NCBI GenBank assembly: GCA_046563655.1
Contig: CM102286.1
Span: 12,586,001-12,650,000 of the forward strand
Direction: 5' to 3'
Length of the DNA: 64,000 nucleotides
Source: Yuukianura sp. NJ FZ-2021
Lineage: Eukaryota
Positions 15,101 to 28,263 of this stretch are shown piece by piece. The position numbers were made by a program, and so were the translations under genes. Below the pieces are notes generated by a model. That model made no database searches. It was not told the DNA's origin and saw only the letters and a program-made list of their open reading frames with translations. Every line of letters starts with the position of its first letter. Position 1 is the stretch's first letter.

Positions 15101-18100
15101 CAGAACAACCTGGCAGGTTTTCAGCTTACTGAAGTGGAAACCCTAAACTTTTTTTTCAGTACAAAAGTGTAACTTTATGTTCTTGTAAATGACAGTAATG
15201 TTCGGAACGTTAAGAACTGTTGAGAATGTACACCTTCACCACTGAGGTCCTGACGTGCAACTGATTGGAGAAATTTTTTACTCCAGAACTTTTGACTGTG
15301 AGGGAGCCGCGGAGAGCTGAGCCTGCTCTGCTCAAAACTTCGCTAGAAGTTCCCTGAAGGGAGCCAGAAGAAGAAAAGCTCCGTTCGAATTTCCCCGCTC
15401 TCCCGATCCCCAAGTGTTCTTAGCTGGGCCATCATGGAGTGGATTTCGTTTGGAGCCACAGCAGTCTGCCTTGGGCTTCAGCAACAGCCACACACATCAG
15501 CTAGGCCCTTCAAGGGCCCTTACCCTAACATTCACAAAATAACCTAATCATTCCAGCCTGTTTTCTGAATCCCTTGTCCTTCACAGGAAATGCATGTAAA
15601 AACCGAAAGTCAATGCACAAAACCTACGCTTTCTCTTTCCAGGGTCCCCTTCTTCTTTTTAAACCATTCTAAGGGCTCCCGCTGCACCGATTTATTTTTA
15701 CAGCATCTGCTTTTCTCAAATCCAAAAAATACAACATTTAAAAAGAGAGGAGACGACGACAGCAAATGCCAAAGGCCAGACTCCTCAAGTTTCTTGTGTG
15801 AAATGAAGTTTATTACTTCCTACCGTGTCAAGTAATAACTCGTTCTTCCAGATTTTCCACAAGAGCCCTGTAAGTTGTAAACTCCTGAGAAAATCTCTAA
15901 GGTTATAGGTCCACTTAAAACCGGACTTTTAACCAAATCCAAGGCCTAAGGACCCTGTTCAAAATCATTTCCAAAGTAAGAGCCCTTCAAGTACCCACCT
16001 CCTTCCAAAGATGGAGAACCGGATAATTTTAAATGGGTTCACAATTGACACCATGGAAGCCCCTGACGAAAAAGTTTACATCTTCCTTGTCATCATTATC
16101 TTTTTACTACAGAAGACTAGGCAGCTTTCGTCCACCGTCCTAAAACAATCAGTCCGTCCTAAAAACATTCCGTTCATCCCAAAGTCCTCCGTCCATTTCT
16201 TCACACACCGTCACTTTAAATTTCAAAATTGAGTTGGAAATGATTCAACTAACAACCGAAGGAGCTACTTGATTGAACTATCACGGTGTAAAGTAATCCA
16301 AATTTCTTGAAATTCAATTCAATCCCTTAACAATATTCTGGATCCCTTAAGGTACTACTTAATTTCAACCCTTCACTCAACACGTACAAACTAACTTTTG
16401 CATCTAAATCTAACGTAACAAAAGCCTAACGTATAACCTAACCGCAAGAAGATTATCCTTAATTAAGAAATTCAAGTTTTTGAAGACGCCAGGGAGGAAG
16501 GGCTGGCAAGCCCTTATTATTATCTCTGCCACACCCACTTCTTTTCTTCTACGCTTAAGAGCACCTAAGTCCAAGTAACAATGCCCTGGTATTTTGTAAT
16601 TGGAATTGGAGGATCATGTTATTCAGAGGATATACTCGCAACCTAACTTAAAGCACACAATGCCCTGGAACAGAAGACTTACTCTGAGGTTTAGCATTAC
16701 TTTTTTAAACGGTCAAGGCCCCAGAGAGAACTGAACCTTTGCCTAGTCACCATGCTAACAAATGGGGCCAACGCCAAGAAAGACTTTCCTGAGCCAAAAT
16801 ACACGCCCTTTCCTCATCTCCTTTCTAAAAACGATTAAGAGAGCAAAAAGAGGATGTGGAGCATCTTTCCAGCAGATTATATTGGCATTCTCATCTTCTA
16901 AATCCTTTTTCCATTCACTCCCTGTTTGTCCTCCACAAAATTAAGTCTGGAACGAAAATTTTAAGTTTTTGAGACATTGGACATCCGGTTTTTGAACTTT
17001 CAAAGTTTCCAAATTGACCTCAATCTTTTTCGGATCCAAAAAGTTTTACCTTGGTGAAGTGGTTGAGTGAGTGGGGAGGATGATTCAAGAGAGGGGGGAT
17101 GGCTGATGAGAATTTGATGAACAATGGTTAGGTCTTTGCAACATAATCTCATATTACGTTCTCCAGCCAAAGGTCAAAGGTCACAAAAGTCATCTGACTA
17201 AGGTAACCCTTAAGGGCTTTAGATTTAAATCCAAGATCTTCTCACACAACATTAATCTCCAACCTGCAGAAGACACCAAGGGCAAAGTCCCTTCCAGCAA
17301 AGAATTTCTAGCTGAAGGGCCTGAACGTTAGAACAATCAAGCGGATTTAAATCAAGAAAATCTCATACTACAAAAAAAACTTTGATCTCAAGCGCCAAAA
17401 TTTTAAAAAAAGTACATTTTTTAAACAACTCCCAGCTTAAAACTAAATTCCAAAATATAATTCTATGTTCACTTTTAGAACATCCCGCGTCTCATCATCA
17501 TCTTATCCTTTTTAGAATCCTTGACAAAGTAATCTCCCCTCCTTCCCTCTAACCCATTGTTTCCTTCACTACTTAAGTGTAAGTCCTCGTGATGAGAAAG
17601 GCCAAAGGACCTCAAAAGGACTTATTTCCCCGAACTTCTCCAGGGTTCGTCAAGTTCGTGTATTAAAATCCAAAGTCCTCTCCCCTCTGCACTGTGTAGT
17701 CTGTTCGTGAAACTGTGGGATTTGAGCACATAATTTGATATCCAACCTCATCTTCTTCCCTAATTTGCTTTTCCAAGTGCACTCTCTTACATCTTCCCTC
17801 AAAAGTGCTCTTACCAAAACCTCTCCTCTTCTCTCCCCGCAGAAATGTATCAATTTTTCCACTTTCCTTTGAAATAACTTTCTTCTTTGAAATGACTTTG
17901 GGGGAAAAATCTTCTTTAAAAAAAATTCCACCACATCTTTTTCAGTTTACGAAATCAAATCAGTAAACGTGTTACGCTACGACCAAAACGAAGAGATGCT
18001 TTCTCAAAATTTAGTTCATTTTCATCTTTGGTCTAAAAACAAAATTGCTTCAAAATCTAACAAACTTCAAAATAAAATTGCTCTGCTTTTACAAAAATAA

Positions 18101-18639
18101 AAAAGCAAAAAAGAAACGCAGCGTAAAATTTGGAAACAAAATTCTATCCCGTTGAACTTAACATTTGAAACACTTGCCTCTACCTTGCCCACTTATCCTG
18201 GCCTTTACCTTGAAATTTCCTCACGAAAAATCGACCGTTTTGTATTGAATGGAGAAAGCGGAGAAAGTAGGAAATAGTTGCAACTCTCAAAAGTAATTTG
18301 GGTTTCGGTAGCTTTGATTAGTAAAAACGCTTAGAATTCCCCAGCGATCGACCGGGTAAGAATAAACGCTTCTCCAAAAAGTATCCTTCCTACCTTCAGG
18401 ATACCTCGAAATACCGTTAGATATAGCCTATTCCCCTCACTACATCAAATCTCTCCTCCCTTTGACGAAGTGCGTAACTTTCTTTTCCATTTTACTTTCA
18501 CTCGAGGCTCTTCTCTCTTTTAGACAGAAAGCGGATTTGAGATTGCATTTAAGCTCTGCCGCCGTTCCCAGCCGACCACGAAGGCCCCACCACCACCTAA
18601 ACCTAACCACTATCATATCAAACCAACTCCACTTCGGAT

Positions 18640-19380
18640 AGGAAACAGAACATCAATCCATCCTCCTCGCTCGAGTTACGACAAGTATTAGGGAAGTAGT
18701 GGGGAATGAGAGGGCGGATGTTAGTCGGATGATAGAAGACTCCCAGTACTTCCCATCCAGCATCAGCATCTTCCTTAACCACCTCATCAAAAGAAGTCTA
18801 TTGCCATTAGGAACCAGTACGTGGACCCAAACACTGCTACTTCTGAGCTTGGCAGTACTTTGGTAATACTGCCAACCTCACTCCATTATGATTTGAAGGG
18901 AGAGGAAGTCGGATGGGTTCAGAACCTTCCAATTCATCACTCCACCCTCATCTCCCCTGTCTTGTCTCAGATCTTCTTCTGTCAAAACAGCATCCGTCAA
19001 CCAAAGATCCTTCATAAATGCATCTCTTTCCAAACATTCTCTCAAAAGATCACACTATTGACATTCTGTCAACCTCAAAACATCTAAAAGCGAAGGATAG
19101 TGGGGAAATTAGGAACAATTTGTACACCCCAAACGACAGGGTCGTTCACAAACGCAAGAAACCAGGTTAAGTTTTGGGTTTAGCTCAAGATTTGTAAAGC
19201 TTCCGGCCCCAAATGCTCACTGATGTGTTGACACAACGTCGTAAGATGACCCTAATCTCTTTACCTTCCATTCGTTTTCTGAGGTAGAAGTGGACCGTAA
19301 TGGAATAGAGTCCTTCAAGGGCACTGCAGCCTAACCCAAACGTAGCCGGTCATTCCAAAAATCCATTTCCCATAAACCAA
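18640..19380 (-). mobile_element. Decayed coding relic, possibly Mutator-like (MULE) transposase C-terminus with SWIM-type Cys cluster
   Basis: Stop-interrupted frame ...SENEWKVKRLGSSYDVV...LVSCVCERPCRLGCTNCS*FPHY... resembles the W-x-V...Y-x-V...C-x-C-x3-C-x-L-x-C-x2-C-x4-H pattern I associate with SWIM regions of animal MULE transposases. Confidence 0.35.
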
Positions 19381-22300
19381 TTCTGACCGAAAAGTTGATT
19401 GAGCTTGAAGAGTCGCTCGCTCATGCGCGGGAAGCTTTCCAGAATCGGAAATAATGTTTTAGTTGCTCCATTTCATGTACTCATTCATTATTAAAAAAAT
19501 AAATATAATCTAACTAAAATACAATCAAATTGCGACCATCTTCATAAGCTCAAAAAAAAAAAAAGAAAACAAAAAAAAACTGTTCAGATCCTCCGAATTT
19601 TCTGGATTTAGGTTAGGCGAACTTTAGTTTAAAAAAAAAGTTTCGTTGAAAAACAGGCTTTTTCGGTCACCTCTCGGGCAACGACGTCCCGATTTCTAAG
19701 TTTCGCAAGTTTAAGCTTGAAACTTGGAGTTCTAGGCGACAACCATCATGGACAGAAAGCCCAGCTCACCATGGCAGCCCCAGAGGACAATGGATTTGAG
19801 CCGAAACTTCAAGATCCATTGTCAAGGCCTCCTCCTCGAACTCTGACTTGTTTATGAACATCTTTCAACTTTCTTTCATATCACACTACAACCATACACG
19901 CACGACTCTTCTGAGTCATGTCGCTCTCCAACGACAGAACAACTCAAAAAAAAACCATTCTGCCAAAAAATAAGAATCACCATTGAGTTTCCAGCGACAC
20001 AAACAATGAAGAAACCCCTTTGAAGACCTCCCTGGACAGTTTAGACAATGAAACTTTAATTACAATTATCAGTTACCACAAACTGAGCCGAATGTCACAG
20101 CCACCATGTCACTTGTCTCTCACACGCCAACTTTTTTTTGCAGTCTCGAAACTTCCAAAACGTCTTGACAGCCCAAAAAACTTTTTTTTTCGCAGGAATT
20201 CATTACGGATAGAACAGTGCGAACAGAACAAACCAGAAAAATGCGAACCAGACCAATTTCTCACATTATTTTCTTGTCGTGTATTTAGCATAAAAATGAA
20301 AATTACTCCTTACTGTTAAGTTGGTTTCAACTTTTCACGTGGTAAATAGTGTGAGAACGTTTTTCGTTTCTTGCTACAAAAACGAAAGGAAAACAGTTTA
20401 AATGGCGAAAAATGGGAACAGGAAGGCGTCTGTTTAGAAATAATTACACGTTCAACTCTAACTACACCACAAACAGATCCCTGCCACTCCATAATTTGGC
20501 ATAACGCAAAAAACCACTCAAATTCAATTAGACGCTCCACTATTTCAATCAATCATCGCTTCCAGTTCATAACAAGAAACCAAATACGCACTGTTTACAC
20601 AACTTTCATTGATTTCCGTGCCAAACAATTTTCACTCCAGCTCAAAATCCAAACTAAAATACTTGTTTGAAACGTACCTAATGACCCCTAACATTTACAA
20701 AACAAGCCACAAACTACTTCTTTCTGCCCCACCACAAACTTTGAACAACCACACTGGCGAAGCTGTTTCGGTCAATTTGTTACTGGAAACTGTTGCGGAA
20801 GCCACCGCCGCTTCTCCGAATGCTATCATGTGTCATTCTCTACAAACTTGGTCTTAACCCATAATCAAAACATAATTCATCAACTTCCGACTCCAATCAT
20901 ACCAGAAAGGCTGTAATTTTGGGTGAGATTCAACTGCCAGATAAATCGAGCTGCTTCTCCTCTCATTTCAAAAAAACTTGACATGCTACGACAGCTTTCG
21001 TAGTTTCATACAACTTCTAAAAGTCCAGTTCTAAAACTAATGGACATACATTTACCCTAATTCAAAAATCTAAAGTTCGGGCTTTCTAACGCTCAAAAAA
21101 TTGATGACAGCGGAAGAATCCTTGGCAGTACCCTCGTAAGCACGAATTTCATTAATCTACAAAAAGGACAAAAAGCAGGGACGGAAGGAGACTTTATTTG
21201 GCAAACCTGACGATTGATAAAAGTTAATAATTCCCTCTCTCCCTTGGAAAAAATCCAATAGTCCAACGTCTACAATCCATAATTCGACCAAGGATCCACG
21301 TTCCGCTTGATGTCAAACAAGCGAACTCTGCTGGACTTTCATTAATTGCATCCAGAAAATCCAGATTCTTCCCTTCTTTTCTAACTATATCGGGGTTTTG
21401 CCCAACTCTAAAAGCTTCTCTTCCCCATTCGGGAATGTCATCTTCTCAAGTAAGATTTCCAGTCAACGAGGCATTGGGGAAAAGTTTAGCTGCCCATAAA
21501 AAGTGGACGTTCACTTACAGCCCTCTGCCTCCAGTTTTTCCAAAAATTAATTTGAAAAACTTGTAAAGATTTCCAAACTTTCCCTCTTCCAAAGCAAGAT
21601 ATTTAGGGCTCAATTATATGGTTCGTTGCCAGAACCAGTCTTAAAGAGCGCATCTTCCCTCTTAAGAAGAAATCGAAGAAAAAAACGTAGGAGAAGATTA
21701 AGTCCAAAACTTTATGCTTCTTTGGGTTCAGACTTCTTAAAAGCAACAGATTCAAAAAGAAGCGGAAAAGTGCTTTACTCCAGTCCCTGTTTATGAGTTT
21801 AAGAAGTAATAATTTTATTTTAAGTGACATAAACACTGAATTTTAGTTCCGCTCTCACGCCAGGGTGTGAAGGATAAATAGCCCACTAATTGAGAAAATT
21901 AAGGAAACACTCTCGAGTTAATTACTATCTTCGCTTGGAAAGTCGCCGTAGTTACTCCCTCCATCCTTTGAAGAACTTTTTACATTCGGAGATCTAAGAA
22001 TAAGAAGGAGCAGGAAATCTAAGAAGTTTCTTCCGGAAGTCTTCCTCCCTGATTTACTCATCGAGAAGTCTTTCATCTTCCGCTTTTCTCCAACACCACT
22101 GCCTTTCTCGCTTTCCAAAAACCTTAAATGAAAATGTGAACTTTCACTTTTCACGGAATTCATTCCATTTCCTCCCTACTTTATCCATTGCTGCTCAAAG
22201 CACTCCGTTGCAGCAATCCAAAAAATCCAGAAACTCTAACCTTATAAGCAAGAACCCGTTTGCTGGAGTGGTAAGCCGAGAGTATGAGGAACAATGGCGC

Positions 22301-25300
22301 CTAGGACCAAGTTCAAACAAAGTTTGATATACAACCGCAATAAAAATCCACTTGCGTTATGGCCCTCAGACAAAATATGGAGAGACTAAGAATCTGTTTC
22401 CATTGTTACTCCAAAAGGTCATTCCACAAAATGATTCACAATAAGTCAAACCGAACTTTCAAAAGTGCAGGGAACCTTTAAAAGGTCAAGCCAAACCAAG
22501 GGCACTATGAAACTTCCCTTAGTTGCTCCCCAGATACAAAGCTTTTGTGCTGTTTCCGTTCCGAAATTCTAAGAATTCCAAGAAAAAACATTCCAACTTT
22601 CTCCAATTTTTTTTCCAAGAAAAAAACACAGTAAAAGCCTTACTTCCTGAGTCTCCATGTGGGTGGAGCTTTTCTCCAAATTTGAATAAAAATTTAATAC
22701 CCGGAGCTCTTCAAATCAAACAGAGAAAATTTCTTTTCAAAAATTTTCAAGAGAAATTTTTAAGACTTTCTTCACTTTAAGTGGATTTGAGTCACTCAGA
22801 GACAGGGACCAGAGGAGCCCTTTTCAAATCGTGGAGGTTAGTATTCTAATCTCATTAGTTTAGGAGTGAAAGGCCTCGTTGATTCATCCATTAGTGAAAG
22901 TTCAAAGTTTGCTAATTCCTAAAGTGCACTTTCTTTCTTTTTTCCCGCCATCGCCCTAACATCATAGTAAGTTAGGTTAACAAACCCATAGTTTCTCTTG
23001 TTCATGCCTCCAAAAAGAAAGAATTGAATAGATTGAATGATAGGGCACGGGACTTTAGAAATAAAAACTCTTAAATTCAATCCCATCAAGATTTCGCACC
23101 CTGACAAAAAAAAAGTTTCGAAAAAAAAACTTTGCCCTTTGCCCTCTCCGCTCCACCAACTTTTTGTCTCTACCCCAATGAACTTTAAGCTCCTAACATT
23201 TACTATGTTTGTTTTTAGAGCAGGTTGAAATGGTGGACATAAATTTAAGTGTTGCCGCCACAGCTAGTGCAGCTTATAGCACCCTAGTTATCAGCCGAGC
23301 ATTTTCCTTTGGCAAACACTTTACTTTCTAATTTATCCTCCTTCCTCTAAATTCTCTAATCTGTATTTATATCCAATAAAAAAGAAGCTCAAGTCAAATG
23401 GCAAATACTCACACCCTAGGTTCCCTTTCAGAAAAAAAGAAGAGGAAAATTTGAAAGCGGGTCACACAAGAGCTGAAAAACCGGGAAAGTTGACTTCCTA
23501 TCTTTCTTTTCTTTTTTGTATAAAACCCGATTTTCGGTGTGCCAGCTCAGCAAAAAAGCTTCGAGGCAGAAGTTATGACTCTACAAATCTATTGATCCGT
23601 GTCAGGAGAATAGAACGGAAAAAAAGGGGAAAAAGTTTCCAAAAATAGGTTAATGCTCTCACATCCGATTTAGTCAAAAATGTCAAAAAAGAAAAAAAAA
23701 TGTTTAAATACTCTATTCTTCCTTAATTTTTTCCCAAAACTTAAACTTAATGCAGGTGTGAACAAAATCCTAAAAAAATCAATTGCATGTATCAAATTTT
23801 GTGAAATTTTCACACACAAGTGACACCTCAAACCTGTGAAAAAAAAAATCAAACATTTCATCCATTTTTTTTTCTTTTTGTGGTCGGTCACAAACTTCAG
23901 CAAGAACGTTTTTTTTAAATTTGCTAGCCTTATCGTGATAATTTTTTTTTTCGCGTTTTGTAAATATTTTCAGAGAATTATTAGTAACTACGCTTTCTGG
24001 TGGATCACATCCAGACACAAATATTTTCTGCTTTCACCAAGAATTTACACAAAACCGACATCTTGGACAAGATAAATGTAAATCCTCACGCTATTAAATT
24101 CCACCAGCTTAATCGTTTGAAAACTACAAAGGAAAAGGAGGGGAAGACTAAGATATCCGAAATGGACCAAAAATAGATCAAAAAGATCTAAGAATGAAAT
24201 CGTCTCATAGTATACCCCTTCCAATTGAAAATCCAGCATCGAAATGACCACTTTCTTCGCTTCGATTAGCACTGTTTGTCCCACAACCACCCAAAAAGTT
24301 TCTTTGAAGATTCAATCTCATTTTAGTGCTTTCATCCATTCAAAATCGGTATAAGTTTCGGTTACGCAATTGTTCCACTACCAAAAACCATACCACCATA
24401 CCCTAACAATTCCGAAAACTATGCGCCCACTTCCACCTTTTGCCCATCCCTCCCTACTTTTCCATTTTCAATAGCATGCAAACTGCCTTTCCAAATCGTT
24501 TCACCAAGATTTGAGCCCATCCTGCTCCATAAACAACGTCCGTCCAATGTCCCTGCGTTTCCAAATACTTTCCACTGCTCCAGAAACAGTTTCAAGAGGC
24601 AAGTTGCAAGCTTCAAAGTAGCAAATAAGAAAACTGGAGTAGCAATTTGAGCCAAGACAGAGAGCAATACACTCACGGGAGAATGTCGCCATTTCAACTT
24701 TTGCCAAAATTCAGGACATAAACTTAAGCAGCAAAATGCTCTTCTGCCCCACTAGATTCGCTCGTCTCTGCACTTTGGCGATATTGGCTCCTTCTCAATC
24801 TGTTGGCATCTTCGCAAGTCCGAAAAGAAAAGATATGCGATTGTATTCAAATTGAATTCTCCATGTCACATTTTTCAACTTATGGTGTATAAGTTATCAT
24901 TAGCAAAGTGTCCTCATCTATCCCAATCTCAAAGATCCTCGGCCAACTACAGTCTGTGACAAGAAGATGAAAGTGGTCGATTAGGCTGATTTTAAGAAAA
25001 TTGAATTCAGTTGTCAGTCGTCTTCACTTGGTCAATTGATCTTGGCACAAGAAGAAGCGCAGACACATTGGACATGCGACTATCCTAGGGACATTGAGCC
25101 TCACTTTCCAAAAGTCCTGTCCATGTGGACAGTCTCCCACGGACAGGCTAAGCCCTGTCAATTAGCTCAATTAAATCCAAGGATCCATGGCTTCGAAACT
25201 TGGACACCAAAATAGTATAGCCTAACCTTACACAGCATACCGACACTTCGTATGCCTTCCAAAACCAAAATGGATCCGTGCTAATGAAACTTTGCTGCTT

Positions 25301-28209
25301 AGCAGAAGTGACGCTTCGATCCGAAAAACATTCTTTGAAGGAAACAGGAAGTAGAGGGGAAAGTTTTCCCGCCTAAAAGCAAAAGCAGCACTCCAGTGCA
25401 TAAATGTAAAATGTATAAAGGAGATTTTTCATTAAGTGGGTTCAAAATGGTGATGGTGAATCATGTGGTTGAATGCAGAAGATCTCACTTTTCTCAAGCG
25501 TAAAATCCCTTGACTGACGTGTTCCTCCTTCCTAAAACGAAGCTTTTCGAATGACTCAGATTTTGTCTTGTCGAAGAACTCTGCTGCATTCGATTGGAGC
25601 AAACTCCGAATCGAAGCACGAGAGAGAGTGCAAAAGGTTAAATTTAAAGAACTTCCCAAAGTCTTCTATTCCAATTGAATTCAAATTCTCCCGCCACAAA
25701 ATGTAAGCAAAGCGTTCCCATTTTCTGACAAGACTTCCCACGTCTGTCTGATTTCCTTCCAATTGTGAATATTGGCAACTTTACCGCCTTTCACTTCGAG
25801 TTTCGAGCTTTCACTCTTACTAAGTCTCCCTCTAATCTCCAACGGAGAAACTGACATCTCCATTCCATCTCTAAATCCAAACGTCGTGGAAATGCATAAA
25901 AGCACTGCAGAATCATTTTCCAATGTAACTCTCACAATCCACATTAGACTTCGGACGAACGAACCTACGCTAACGGAGGTTTCAAAATCCCAGCGCTTTC
26001 CCCTTATTGGTCGATACCGCTCGAACAAATTCGATTTTTGGTTTTCTGGAACCGCTTCAGAGAAAAACAATGGCGAGAGGTCAAACCAGGCAAAAATAGA
26101 AGCTAAACGCTCCGTCCCCTTGCAGAAACCAGGAAAAAGAAGAAAAGGAAAATGATTCTTTGATATCCATTAGGAAATCCATGTGTCCAACTCAATTCCA
26201 AAGTTAATTTAGGACATAACAGCATAAAATAAAAATGAGGTTCCAGGGCTTTCTTATTTCCCACCATTTTCTAGCTGCTTTCCCAGAAGGACACTAGACA
26301 AGAAGACAAGAAAGGAAAAGCGACATTGTCGCTTTTCTACGACTGACGTCTCCTCAATGTCAATTCCACAGAGGGAATAATTGATTAAATGACTTTCTCT
26401 CCCCGTTCCCTCCGACCAGTCTCATCAATATCTTAAGGAGATTAGACACACAAAAGTCCCCGACTCCCCGAACCGGGGTACCTTCAAAAACTGCGTCCAA
26501 AGCTCAGTGAAAGTTTCTCGGAAAGGCGATTTTGAGGGGACGACGATTCAAAAAGCAAGTCTAAACGATCCACTGAAAAGCCATTTCCCCCTTTTAGCTT
26601 TACACTTTCCAATATTCAATTTTCTTTTAGAATTGGTTCTGCAGATGGCAAAAGTGAAAGGGGAGAGGGAGTAACTATTAGAGTACTCAGAAATAGAAAG
26701 TTGCGTAGTATTTCATCTCCTTTTGGGCTAATAAAAAGGGGGATGGAGAAAAGCCAAGGAGTGAAAGGGGTTCGGATTTCAATGGAATTGGAATACTATC
26801 AGATCACACCAAACTGATACCACCACCCTTCTTAAATTCGTAAATTCTCACTTTCAATTTTTCCGGCGGTACATAAACCTTGTTACTTACTTTTTTAAAC
26901 ATAGGGACTTGGAGTTAACATAGGGACGGAGCAAAAGTGCTATTTCCAGCAGGAACAGAATAGAAAGGCGATCTCACCCGATGGACCACTTTCTCCTCAT
27001 TATAGAAAACCTACACCCTGTGCATAAAAGCCCTTTGATGGTCAAATTTACATAGGAAGTGAATTCGAGGCATTGCAGAAAGTGTAAGTTCATGGTTTCT
27101 CTCGACTAGTCCCAATTGGCGAACCACATCGAAACAGCTTCTCGCATTACAAAGTTTCGCGCTCTCTGATCTTACCAACTCAGCACACTACATGAAATGG
27201 ATAGTTGAGAGGGGAATTCGAAGGATAAATTTAAATCTCCCGCTTCCAGAAAAAAACGGGTTCGGGTCAAAGAGCATTTGCCAAGGTTGCAAGGTCTCAG
27301 CTAAGGGTGCGGGGTGAGCCCTATACACTTCATTTCACGGAAGACTTCAAAGTTATAACTCATTTCTGCTCATTGGTCCCAATGTGCTTGAACTTAACAA
27401 GAAAGTACTAAAATTTCTTAAGACATAAACGATAGACTAGTAATTAACTTCGGTGACGTATCTCTTTCATACCGTAAGCCGGAAAATTACTTCTGTTTTT
27501 AGCCTAATTTGTAACTTGACCGTAAACTTCGTAAAAGCCAGCAGTTCGCTCAGTTTTCTGGTATCGGTTTACAAAGAAATTATGAGCCAAATACACTAAA
27601 AATAGAAAAGTTGTTTACCCGTTTACAGACCATTACAAAAGTATGAGCAAAAACGACAAAAATAGACTAAACAAAATGGACGGCAATCTCGTATCAGGTT
27701 TAACCAGCATTAACAACCGTCAGTCAGTCAATAATGTCACCCAATTGTCACATTTTCTATTCCACAAGAAACATAATATAAAATTAATGTTCGATTTCTA
27801 TTCAGGGATGCAGTGACCACTAAATTGCCTTCGGAATTATTCGCAATTTACCCCATTCTCTCCAACCTGTCTCAAACTCTACTTGACAAAAGCTCACAAA
27901 AACCGAAAAACTTAATAATAAAAAAGACAAAAGGAATTAAAATCCTGACATTTTCAATTAGACTTTCTACAGAGTGAATGAACTTCTTTGAACTCCATGC
28001 CTTGTTAGTACTTTGATTGACGCCAAATCCACTTTCACCGTCTTCCGAACCCTTAAAAACGTTCTCATATGACAAAGGAGAGCCAATTTCCTTTTTCTAA
28101 GAAAAGCGTCAAGCCTCGTCTTTTCAATTTACAAATGCGTAACCTAGGTAATTGAAAATAAAGTGGCCTAGTCCTACAGCACTACATACTCTTTGAACAT
28201 ACGAAATAA

Positions 28210-28263
28210 AAGTACAGCGAAAACTCATCACGTTATGTACGTGATGAGTTTTCGCATGTACTT
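28210..28263. repeat. Inverted repeat / hairpin: 17-bp perfect stem, 5-nt loop, 7 further bp after a 1-nt bulge
   Basis: AAGTACA-GCGAAAACTCATCACGT TATGT ACGTGATGAGTTTTCGC-A-TGTACTT. Confidence 0.9.

Noticed and set aside
25681..26155. Overlapping 129-aa and 127-aa ORFs on opposite strands
   Set aside because: Non-ATG starts, no recognisable domain and no convincing paired splice sites.
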